Source: Candidatus Methylomirabilia bacterium (GTDB taxonomy: Bacteria > Methylomirabilota > Methylomirabilia > Rokubacteriales > CSP1-6). From it: DNA of 17,559 nucleotides. This document shows positions 1 to 7,183 of the stretch, piece by piece. Within the stretch, counting starts at the first letter, position 1. Every line of letters starts with the position of its first letter. The translations under genes and the position numbers were made by a program. The stretch covers positions 1 to 17,559 of the forward strand of contig JBGQEL010000089.1 in the NCBI GenBank assembly GCA_041496385.1, read 5' to 3'. Below the pieces are notes generated by a model. That model was not told the origin of the DNA. It worked only from the letters and a program-made list of their open reading frames with translations, and searched no databases.

Positions 1-150
1 CCGGCGCGGGGCCCCCGGGCCCCCCTTTTGTACCTCTCCACACCCACAATACTTACAAACCCGGGGGGGGGGGTGCGGGGGGGGGGGGGGGGGGGCCGCC
101 CCGCGCGGCAACCCCACCCGGGGGCCCCCCCCCCCCCCACCCCGCTCGTC
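1..150. repeat. Low-complexity poly-G/poly-C tract at the window start, probably a contig-end or sequencing artefact
   Basis: Long G runs (~63-95) and C runs (~125-143). No coding signal, and unlike the rest of the window. Confidence 0.6.
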
Positions 151-171
151 TCCCGCTCCGCGTAGAGAGTC

Positions 172-1092
172 ATGAGGCGGTACGTCGCCAGGCAGCTCGT
201 CCAGCTCGTCGTCGTCGTCATCGGCATCTCGCTTCTCGCCTTCGGCATCCTGCACGTGCTGGGCGACCCCGTGGTCCTCCTCCTGCCCCAGAACGCCGGC
301 AAGGAAGAGTTCGAGCGATACCACAAGCTGCTCGGGCTCGACCAGCCGATCTGGGTCCAGTACTGGAAGTTCACGAGCCACGCCGTCCAGGGCGACTTCG
401 GCAAGTCCTGGTACGCCGACACGCCCGCGCTCCGCCTCGTGCTGGAGCGCATGCCCCCCACGATCTACCTGACGCTGGCCGGGCTCGCCGTGGCCCTGCT
501 GATCGCGCTGCCGCTGGGCATCCTCGCCGCGCTCAAGCGGCACTCGTTCATCGACACGCTCTGCACCGGCATCGCGGTCTTCGGGCAGGCGATGCCGCTC
601 TTCTGGCTCGGCATCATGCTCATCATCATCTTCGCCGTCCGGCTGCGCGCGCTCCCCGCGTCCGGCTACGGCACGTGGCAGCACTTCGTCATGCCCGCCT
701 TCTGCCTGGGCGCCGCCCTGGCCCCGATCACCATGCGCCTCGTCCGGTCGGGCGTGATCGAAGTGATGAACATGGAGTACATCAAGACGGCGCGGGCCAA
801 GGGCGTCGGCGAGCGCACCGTGGTGATCAAGCACGCCTTCCGCAACGCGTGCATCCCCGTCATCACGGTCCTGGGGCTCCAGTTCGGGCAGCTCCTGGGC
901 GGGGCCATCATCACGGAAACGGTCTTCGCCTGGCCCGGGGTGGCGACGCTCACCGTCGAGTCGATCCGCAACCAGGACTTCCCGGTCGTGCAGTGCGCGG
1001 TCATCCTGCTGGCGCTGCTGATCGTGACCGCGAACGTCATCGTCGACCTCCTCGTCGGCCTGATCGATCCGCGCATCCGGGTGAGCACGTGA
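172..1092 (+). CDS. dppB: Dipeptide/oligopeptide/nickel ABC transporter permease, DppB/OppB family
   Basis: 306 aa, multiple TM segments. Motifs LGLDQPIWVQY, GDFGKS, EAA loop EYIKTARAKGV, HAFRNA, ETVFAWPG and C-terminal DPRIR. Confidence 0.93.
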   Translation: MRRYVARQLVQLVVVVIGISLLAFGILHVLGDPVVLLLPQNAGKEEFERYHKLLGLDQPIWVQYWKFTSHAVQGDFGKSWYADTPALRLVLERMPPTIYLTLAGLAVALLIALPLGILAALKRHSFIDTLCTGIAVFGQAMPLFWLGIMLIIIFAVRLRALPASGYGTWQHFVMPAFCLGAALAPITMRLVRSGVIEVMNMEYIKTARAKGVGERTVVIKHAFRNACIPVITVLGLQFGQLLGGAIITETVFAWPGVATLTVESIRNQDFPVVQCAVILLALLIVTANVIVDLLVGLIDPRIRVST

Positions 1093-2009
1093 GCGCGGTG
1101 AACGCGGGCGTGGCGGTCGAGCCGGCGCGTGGCGCCGCGAGCGCCGCCGAGCCGTCGTCGCTGCGCGCGACCCTGCGGCGCCTCGTGCGGCTGAAGTGGG
1201 GGATGGCGGCGGCGGCCGTCATGCTCGTGATCGTGGCGGCCGCGATCCTCGCCCCCTTGATCGCCCCGCACGATCCGCTCAGCGTGAACATCCGCCACCG
1301 CCTGGCGCCGCCCCTCTGGATGGACGGCGGGACGCCGCAGCACCTGCTCGGGACCGATCAGGTCGGACGCGACCTCCTCGCACGGGTCATCTACGGCGGA
1401 CGCGTCTCGCTCGTGATCGGCGTCTCCGCGGTGCTGCTCTCCTCCACGATCGGCGTGCTCCTGGGGCTCACGGCCGGTTACTTCGGCGAGCGCGTGGACT
1501 GGGCGATCATGATGGGGGTGAACGTGCTACTCACCTTCCCGTTCGTGCTGCTGGCGCTGGCCGTCATCGCCGTCCTCGGCGCGAGCCTGACCAACATGAT
1601 CGTCGTGCTCGGGGTGGCGGGCTGGCCGATCTACGCGCGCGTCATCCGCGCCGAGACGCTGGCCATCCGCGAGCGCGAGTTCATGCTGGCGGCCCGGGCG
1701 CTGGGGATGAGCCACGCCCGGCTCATCTTCCGCCAGATCCTGCCCAACGTCGTGTCGCCCATCGTCGTCATCGCCACACTCCAGGTCGCCCAGGTGATCG
1801 TCCTCGAGTCGTTCCTGTCCTTCCTGGGCCTCGGAATCCAGCCGCCGACGCCGGCGTGGGGCAACATGCTGGGCGAGGGGCGCGTGTACATGCTGAACTC
1901 CTGGTGGATCGCGGCCTTCCCCGGCCTCGCGATCTTCGTCACGACGCTCGCGATCAACCTGATGGGCAACGCGCTGCGGGACTGGCTCGACCCGCACATG
2001 AAGCTCTAG
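1089..2009 (+). CDS. dppC: Dipeptide/oligopeptide ABC transporter permease, DppC/OppC family
   Basis: GTG start overlaps the upstream stop (GTGA). Motifs HLLGTDQVGRDLLAR, EFMLAARALG, ILPN, SFLGLG, WG.ML and GNALRDWLDP. Confidence 0.93.
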   Translation: MSAVNAGVAVEPARGAASAAEPSSLRATLRRLVRLKWGMAAAAVMLVIVAAAILAPLIAPHDPLSVNIRHRLAPPLWMDGGTPQHLLGTDQVGRDLLARVIYGGRVSLVIGVSAVLLSSTIGVLLGLTAGYFGERVDWAIMMGVNVLLTFPFVLLALAVIAVLGASLTNMIVVLGVAGWPIYARVIRAETLAIREREFMLAARALGMSHARLIFRQILPNVVSPIVVIATLQVAQVIVLESFLSFLGLGIQPPTPAWGNMLGEGRVYMLNSWWIAAFPGLAIFVTTLAINLMGNALRDWLDPHMKL

Positions 2010-2012
2010 CGT

Positions 2013-3131
2013 CTAGCGGGTCGCGGCGGCGGCCCGGTAGATCTCGGCGGTCTTCGCGACCATCGGCTGGACGGTGAACTCCCTCAGCACCCGCTCGCGC
2101 CCGGCCTGGCCCATGCGTCGCCGCCGTTCCGGGTCGTCCAGCAGCGTCTCGATCGCCGCGGCGAGCGCCTTCGCGTCGCCCGCAGGCACCAGCAGGCCCG
2201 TCTCGCCGTGACGCACGACCTCGCGGTGCCCGGGAACGTCCGTGGCGATCACGGCCAGCTCCGACGCCATCGCCTCGAGCGGCGCCAGCGGCAGTCCCTC
2301 CTTCGCCGAGGCGGTCACGTAGAGGTCCATGGCCGCATACGGGTTCGTCCTGATCCCGATCGCTCCAGGAATATTGATCCGCCCCCCGGGGATCCCGAGC
2401 TCGGCCGCAAGCCTCGCGATCCGCTCCTTCTCGGGACCTTCCCCGACCAGCAAGAGCGAGACCGAAGGACGCCTCCGCGCGAAGCATCCAAGCGCGCGGA
2501 CGAGGACCTCGTGGCGCTTGATCGGGTCGAAGCGCGCCACGCAGCCGAGCACCAGCGCGTCCTCCCCAAGACCAAGAGGACCTCGCTCCCACGGGCCTCG
2601 CTTCTCGAATTCGTCAACGTCGATCCCGTTCACCACGACCGCGCTCGACCCCCGCCGGGCCAGGCCCAGGGCCGCGGCTTCGGCCTCCTGCGCCGCGGAG
2701 ACGTTGATCACCGTGTGGGTGATGCGCGACAGCCCTCGCTCGAGCGCCAGGTACGCGGACCGGCCGGCGCGCGAATAGCCCTCGTAGTGGATGCCGTGGA
2801 AGGTATGAACCGCGGGCACGCCGGCCATCCGGGCCGCGAGCCGGCCGTAGAAGCCGGCGCCCTTGCCGTGCGTGTGGACCACGTCGGCGCGCGAGGCGCG
2901 AATCAGTCGTCGCGTCGCCAGCAACGTGCGCGGAAGCGCGCTCAGAGTGTCGAGCGGGAGAGTGGTCGCCTCCACCTCGAGGCGCTGCACCTCGTCGAGG
3001 AACCGCCGGTTGTATGGTCCCGCGACCGACACGCTGAACTCGCTCCGCGGCAGATGACGAAGAAGATGGTAGACCTGCCGCGGGCCGCCGCCGAGCTCCG
3101 TGCCGGTGAGGAGCTCGAGGACGCGGATCAC
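2013..3131 (-). CDS. Glycosyltransferase family 4 (GT-B fold)
   Basis: Only the C-terminal 372 aa of the 1018-aa track ORF is real. GTG start overlaps the cupin stop. Motifs GGGPRQV, DVVHTH, HTFHG, VVNGID, RFDPIKRH, EGLPLAPLEAMA (Ex7E) and GETGLLV. Confidence 0.92.
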   Translation of the reverse strand: MIRVLELLTGTELGGGPRQVYHLLRHLPRSEFSVSVAGPYNRRFLDEVQRLEVEATTLPLDTLSALPRTLLATRRLIRASRADVVHTHGKGAGFYGRLAARMAGVPAVHTFHGIHYEGYSRAGRSAYLALERGLSRITHTVINVSAAQEAEAAALGLARRGSSAVVVNGIDVDEFEKRGPWERGPLGLGEDALVLGCVARFDPIKRHEVLVRALGCFARRRPSVSLLLVGEGPEKERIARLAAELGIPGGRINIPGAIGIRTNPYAAMDLYVTASAKEGLPLAPLEAMASELAVIATDVPGHREVVRHGETGLLVPAGDAKALAAAIETLLDDPERRRRMGQAGRERVLREFTVQPMVAKTAEIYRAAAATR

Positions 3132-3499
3132 GCGCGCGCCGGCGACACCGAGGCGGCGCCCAGCCCCTGGCCGGGCTGGCGGTACTCCTCGCGCGGCGGC
3201 GCGAAGATGTCGAGGACGACGCAGCGCGCGGCGAGCGTCCGCCCGCCGTGCGGCACGTTCGGCGGGGTCTGCCAGAAGTCGCCCGCCTTCACGTGATGCT
3301 CGACGCCGTCCTGGATGCGGATCCACTCGCCCTCGAGGCAGACGCCCCACTGCTCGTTCGGGTGCGAGTGCACGGGCGAGGCCGAATGCGGCTCCAGCGT
3401 CACCACCGACAGCATCGCATGCACGCCCGGAAAGACCCGCGCCGCGACGCCGGGCGCCAGCTGCCGGACGATGCCGCCCTCGCGGAGGTTGTGGAACAT
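3128..3499 (-). CDS. Cupin domain protein (cupin_2, KdgF-like)
   Basis: Metal motifs HSHPNEQ and PPNVPHG, C-terminal LDIFAPPREEY. AAGGAG RBS 5 nt before the ATG. Confidence 0.9.
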   Translation of the reverse strand: MFHNLREGGIVRQLAPGVAARVFPGVHAMLSVVTLEPHSASPVHSHPNEQWGVCLEGEWIRIQDGVEHHVKAGDFWQTPPNVPHGGRTLAARCVVLDIFAPPREEYRQPGQGLGAASVSPARA

Positions 3500-3519
3500 G
3501 GGATCTCCTTTCGTGACCG

Positions 3520-3548
3520 TTTACAGCGGCGACCTGAACCCTTATATT
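3520..3548 (+). promoter_or_regulatory. Putative sigma70-type promoter for the M81 peptidase operon
   Basis: TTTACA (3520-3525), 17-nt spacer, TATATT (3543-3548), in an AT-enriched divergent gap. AAGGAGG RBS at 3562-3568. Confidence 0.7.
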
Positions 3549-3572
3549 AACCCCCGCTCTCAAGGAGGCTCG

Positions 3573-5039
3573 GTGCGGTTCTTCATCGCGATGTTCTCCC
3601 ACGAGACGAATACCTTCAGCACGCTGCCGACCGACCGGCGGCAGTTCGAGGCGCGCGACCTGCGCTACGGCGGCGAGCTCCTCGAGGCGTACCGCGGCAC
3701 GGGCACGTGCCTCGGCGGGATGGTCAACGTCGCCGAGGCGCGCGGCGTCACGCTCGTGCCGTCGCTCGCGGCCTCGGCCTCGCCGGCGGGACGCGTGACG
3801 GCGGACTTCTACGCGGAGACGAAGGGGCGGCTGCTCGCCGACCTCGCCGCGGCGGGACGCCTCGACGGCGTGCTGCTCGACCTCCACGGAGCGATGGTGC
3901 CGGAGGGGCTCGAGGACGGCGAGGGCGACCTCCTGCGCGCCGTGCGCGAGACGGTCGGCCCGGCGGTGCCCGTGGCGGTCACGCTCGACTTCCACGCGAA
4001 CGTCACCGAGGCGATGGTCGAGCACGCGACGCTGCTCCACGGCTACAAGACCTACCCGCACGTGGACATGGATGCGCGCGGGCGCGAGGCGGCCGAGCGG
4101 CTGCTCGAGATCGCGGCGGGGCGCCTCCGGCCGGCCGTGGCCTGGCGCCAGCCTCCGCTGCTGCCGCCGATCGCGGGCCAGCTCACGGCGCGCGGGCCGA
4201 TGCGACGCCTCTACGACATGGCGGCCGAGATGGAGCGCGACCCGCGCGTCGTCTCGATCTCGATCTTCGCGGGGTTCCCGCTCGCCGACATCCGCGACGC
4301 GGGGCTCTCGGTCTACGTCGCGACCAGCGGCGACCGCGGTCTGGCCGGCGAGCTCGCGGACCGGCTGGCCGCCGCGGCGTGGGAGCAGCGCGCCGACTTC
4401 CTCCACAGCGCCCTGCCCATCCCCGACGCGGTGGCCCGCGCGCTCGGCGTGGCCGGCGGCCCCGTCATCCTCGCGGATATCGCCGACAACACCGGCGGCG
4501 GCGCCGCGGGCGACACCACGTCGGTCCTCCGCGAGCTGCTGCGCCTCGGCGTCCGCCGCGCCACCGTCGCCTGCATTTGGGACCCCGAGGCGGTGCAGGC
4601 CTGCGTCCGCGCGGGCGTCGGCGCGACCCTCACCGTGAAGGTCGGCGGCCGCGTGGATCCCGCGCACGGCGCGCCCGTCGACGTCACGGGGCGTGTCCGC
4701 ACGCTCTCCGACGGCCGCTTCGTCCACAAGGGACCGATGTTCCGTGGCCTCGAGGGGCGACTCGGCCCCACGGCCGTGCTCGACGTCAACGACCTCAAGA
4801 TCCTCCTGATCTCGCTCCGGTGGCAGACGCTCGATCCCGAGATGATCCGCTTCGTCGGGATCGACCCGGCCGCCGAGAAGATCCTCGTCGTGAAGTCGTC
4901 CGTCCACTACCGCGCCGCCTTCGAACCGCTCGCGCGCGCGATCGTCGAGGTGGACGCGCCCGGCCTCTCGTCGTCGAACCTCGCGCGCTTCACGTTCAAG
5001 CACGTGCGCCGCCCGATCTACCCGCTCGACGAGCCCTGA
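3573..5039 (+). CDS. mlrC: M81 family metallopeptidase (MlrC-like)
   Basis: GTG start after AAGGAGG. Motifs HETNTFS, LDLHGAM, LDFHAN, YKTYPHVD, DIADNTGGG, VVKSSVHYRAAF and C-terminal RRPIYPLD. Family assignment only; microcystin specificity is not implied. Confidence 0.9.
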   Translation: MRFFIAMFSHETNTFSTLPTDRRQFEARDLRYGGELLEAYRGTGTCLGGMVNVAEARGVTLVPSLAASASPAGRVTADFYAETKGRLLADLAAAGRLDGVLLDLHGAMVPEGLEDGEGDLLRAVRETVGPAVPVAVTLDFHANVTEAMVEHATLLHGYKTYPHVDMDARGREAAERLLEIAAGRLRPAVAWRQPPLLPPIAGQLTARGPMRRLYDMAAEMERDPRVVSISIFAGFPLADIRDAGLSVYVATSGDRGLAGELADRLAAAAWEQRADFLHSALPIPDAVARALGVAGGPVILADIADNTGGGAAGDTTSVLRELLRLGVRRATVACIWDPEAVQACVRAGVGATLTVKVGGRVDPAHGAPVDVTGRVRTLSDGRFVHKGPMFRGLEGRLGPTAVLDVNDLKILLISLRWQTLDPEMIRFVGIDPAAEKILVVKSSVHYRAAFEPLARAIVEVDAPGLSSSNLARFTFKHVRRPIYPLDEP

Positions 5040-5056
5040 GCCCGAGGAGAACGCCG

Positions 5057-5683
5057 ATGCCGTTTGCATTCGTCGCAGGTGATTTCAAGGTGTTCGACGT
5101 GAAGGGATTCCGCGCCCGCATGGGCGGGATCCGGGGCCGGGTCCGGCCGAAGCTCGAGGCGCTCGGCCACAGCCTGGCGCCCGCGGTGGGCCGGTCCATC
5201 GGCGCCGAGGTCTTCGCGCACGTGGCCAAGCACGCCCGGCGCACCGTGAACCCGCCCGACGACACGTGGGTCGCGTTCAGCCCCGACGCGCGCGGCTACA
5301 AGAAGCACTGCCACTTCAAGGCCGCCGTCTCGCGGCGCTGCGTGCGCTTCGTCTTCGAGGTGGGACCGGAACACGCGAGCAAGAAGCGCTGGGCCGCGGC
5401 CTGGAAGAAGAACGCGCCGAAGCTGGCGCCGGTGCTCCGCCGCGTCGAGGGGCTCGCGTGGTTCAAGGACGAGCACGACGAGGAACCCGCGGCCCCGCTG
5501 GCCGACCTGGCGCCGGACGCGCTGGCCCAGCTCGGCGATGAGCTCACGCGGACGCGCGACGGCCAGTTCGTGATCGGGCGGGCCGTCCCCGCCGAGCAAG
5601 CCGCGCGCTGGACCGAGGCGCAATACCGCGCCGCCGCGCTCGAGACGTTCCGCGCCCTCGCCCCGCTCTACCGGCTGCGTTAA
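5057..5683 (+). CDS. DUF1054 / YktB (UPF0637) family protein
   Basis: AGGAG RBS. Motifs DFKVFDV.GF.ARM..IR..VRPKL and HVAKHARRTVNPPDDTWVAF...RGYKK..HF. Confidence 0.85.
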   Translation: MPFAFVAGDFKVFDVKGFRARMGGIRGRVRPKLEALGHSLAPAVGRSIGAEVFAHVAKHARRTVNPPDDTWVAFSPDARGYKKHCHFKAAVSRRCVRFVFEVGPEHASKKRWAAAWKKNAPKLAPVLRRVEGLAWFKDEHDEEPAAPLADLAPDALAQLGDELTRTRDGQFVIGRAVPAEQAARWTEAQYRAAALETFRALAPLYRLR

Positions 5684-5901
5684 TGGCAATGCGAGCCGAG
5701 GCGCGGTCTCGCGACGAGGCGAGCGGTGAGATAGCTCGAAAATCAATGCGAGCCGAGACGCGGTCTCGCGGCGAGGCGAGCGGTGAGATAGCTCGAAAAT
5801 CAATGCGAGCCGAGACGCGGTCTCGCGGCGAGGCGAGCGGTGAGATGGCCCGACAATCGGTGCGAGCCGAGGCGCGTTCCGCGCGACGAGGCGCGCGGTG
5901 A
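5683..5901 (+). CDS. Possible 72-aa repeat peptide (19-aa units MRAExRSRxEASGEIARKS) encoded by the tandem array
   Basis: ATG overlaps the DUF1054 stop (TAATG), and its stop lies 1 nt before the HAD ATG. Codons (CGA, ATA, AAA, TCA) are atypical for this genome, so it may not be a real gene. Confidence 0.3.
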   Translation: MAMRAEARSRDEASGEIARKSMRAETRSRGEASGEIARKSMRAETRSRGEASGEMARQSVRAEARSARRGAR

Positions 5902-5915
5902 CATGGCCCGAGAAT
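5687..5915. repeat. Tandem array of four 57-bp units (last unit 58 bp) with internal palindromes
   Basis: Units at 5687-5743, 5744-5800, 5801-5857 and 5858-5915. Consensus caatgcgagccgagacgcggtctcgcggcgaggcgagcggtgagatagctcgaaaat. Internal IRs cgagac-gcg-gtctcg and cgagc-N9-gctcg. Confidence 0.95.
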
Positions 5916-6556
5916 CGTCCCGCGGCGTCATCTTCGACATGGATGGCGTGCTCATCGACTCCGGCGCCCATCACCGCGAGGCGTGGCGCGCGCTCCTCGA
6001 AGAGCTGGGGGCCGAGCCGCCCCGGCCCGACTACTGGCGGCTCACGATCGGCCGCCCCTCGGACGAGGCGGTGACGCTCCTGCTCGGACGCGACCTCCCG
6101 TGGCCGGAGGCGCGGCGTCTCGCCGACCGGAAGCGCGACCACTACCTGCGCCTCTCGCGGCAGGGACTCCCCGCGGTCCGCGGCGTGGCCGGCTTCATCG
6201 ATCGCCTCGAGGCGGCGGACGTCCCGCGCGCCGTCGCCACGTCCGCCTCGCGCCATGACGTGGACCGCCTGCTCGGCCGCCTGGGCCTGCGCGCCCGCTT
6301 CGAGGTCGTCGTGGGCGCGGAGGACGTGCGCTACGGCAAGCCCGACCCCGAGGCCTACGTGCGCGCCGCCGCGGGCATCGCGGTCCCGCCCGGCGCCTGC
6401 CTCGTGTTCGAGGATTCGGTCGTCGGCATCCAGGCGGCGCGCCGCGCCGGGATGCGCGTCGTCGGCGTGACGACGGCCCACACGGACGCGGAGCTGCGGG
6501 CGGCCGGTGCCGCGGCCGTCATCGACGACTTCGAGGGGCTCGCATGGCCTCTGTGA
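5903..6556 (+). CDS. HAD-superfamily phosphatase, subfamily IA (beta-phosphoglucomutase-like)
   Basis: Motif I VIFDMDGVLIDS, motif II VATSA, motif III KPDP, motif IV VFEDS..GIQAARRAGM. Confidence 0.92.
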   Translation: MARESSRGVIFDMDGVLIDSGAHHREAWRALLEELGAEPPRPDYWRLTIGRPSDEAVTLLLGRDLPWPEARRLADRKRDHYLRLSRQGLPAVRGVAGFIDRLEAADVPRAVATSASRHDVDRLLGRLGLRARFEVVVGAEDVRYGKPDPEAYVRAAAGIAVPPGACLVFEDSVVGIQAARRAGMRVVGVTTAHTDAELRAAGAAAVIDDFEGLAWPL

Positions 6557-7146
6557 GCGCGGCCGAGTTCTGGACGGATCTCTACGCGCGGGGCGGCGAC
6601 GGCTGGGAGCTGCGCCAGCCGGCGCCGCCGCTCGTCGAGTTCATCGAGACGACGCCGCTGCCGCCCGGGCGCGTCGCCGTGCCGGGCTGCGGCCGCGGCC
6701 ACGACGTGCGATACCTCGCGCGGCGCGGCCACGATGCGCTCGGCTTCGACTTCTCGCCCGCGGCGGTCCACGACGCGCAGGCGCTGGCCCGCGCCGAGGG
6801 AAGCGCCGCCCGCTTCGTGGAGCGCGACATCTTCACGCTCTCGCGCGACTACGCCAACGCGTTCGACGGTGTCTGGGAGTACACGTGTTTCTGCGCGATC
6901 GACCCGGCGCGCCGGGCCGAGTACGCGCGGACGATGGCCGCGATCGTCCGGCCGGGCGGCTGGCTGCTCGCCTGCGTCTTCCCGCTGCGGCGGCGCGCCG
7001 CCGGCCCGCCGTTCCCGGTGCCGCGGGCCGAGATGCGGCGGCGGCTCCTGGCCGTCGGCTTCCGCGTCGAGCGCGCCTACACGCCACGGTCGGTGCGGCT
7101 CCGGCTGGGCCAGGAATGGATGGTCCTCTTCCGCAAGACGTGCTAG
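6544..7146 (+). CDS. Class I SAM-dependent methyltransferase, TPMT / halide-thiol methyltransferase-like
   Basis: Motifs FW..LY....GW, PAPPL, SAM motif VPGCGRGHD, GFDFS, EYTCFCAIDP..R..Y and GPPF. GAGGGG RBS before ATG 6544; alternative GTG start at 6553. Confidence 0.88.
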   Translation: MASVSAAEFWTDLYARGGDGWELRQPAPPLVEFIETTPLPPGRVAVPGCGRGHDVRYLARRGHDALGFDFSPAAVHDAQALARAEGSAARFVERDIFTLSRDYANAFDGVWEYTCFCAIDPARRAEYARTMAAIVRPGGWLLACVFPLRRRAAGPPFPVPRAEMRRRLLAVGFRVERAYTPRSVRLRLGQEWMVLFRKTC

Positions 7147-7149
7147 ATT
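7141..7149 (+). promoter_or_regulatory. Possible extended -10 promoter for the ABC transporter operon
   Basis: TGcTAGATT (TGnTAnnnT) overlaps the methyltransferase stop, upstream of the AGGAGG RBS at 7169-7174. Confidence 0.35.
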
Positions 7150-7183
7150 CACGCCACTTTTCGTCCTCAGGAGGTCTGACTCG

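Noticed and set aside
1..150. Functional G-quadruplex or phase-variable homopolymer
   Set aside because: It lies at the sequence edge and looks like low-quality poly-G/C read tails. It cannot be trusted without read support.
3573..5039. Microcystin degradation (mlr) cluster
   Set aside because: No MlrA, MlrB or MlrD-like genes in the window. M81 peptidases are widespread outside microcystin degraders.
2013..5069. 1018-aa minus-strand ORF as one fusion protein
   Set aside because: The N-terminal ~645 aa is the antisense shadow of the M81 peptidase and an off-frame reading of the cupin. Only 2013-3131 has GT4 motifs.
5701..5830. Recurrent GGTCTC/GAGACG type IIS sites suggesting a synthetic construct
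   Set aside because: They are simply the arms of the repeat's palindrome. The units show natural-looking divergence and no vector parts are present.
5683..5901. Multi-core RiPP precursor modified by the neighbouring peptidase and methyltransferase
   Set aside because: No leader/core structure and no recognisable RiPP maturase (YcaO, LanM, radical SAM, ATP-grasp). Atypical codons and DNA palindromes point to a nucleic-acid-level repeat.
5687..5915. CRISPR array
   Set aside because: Units are contiguous near-identical 57-mers with no unique spacers, and there are no cas genes or leader in the window.
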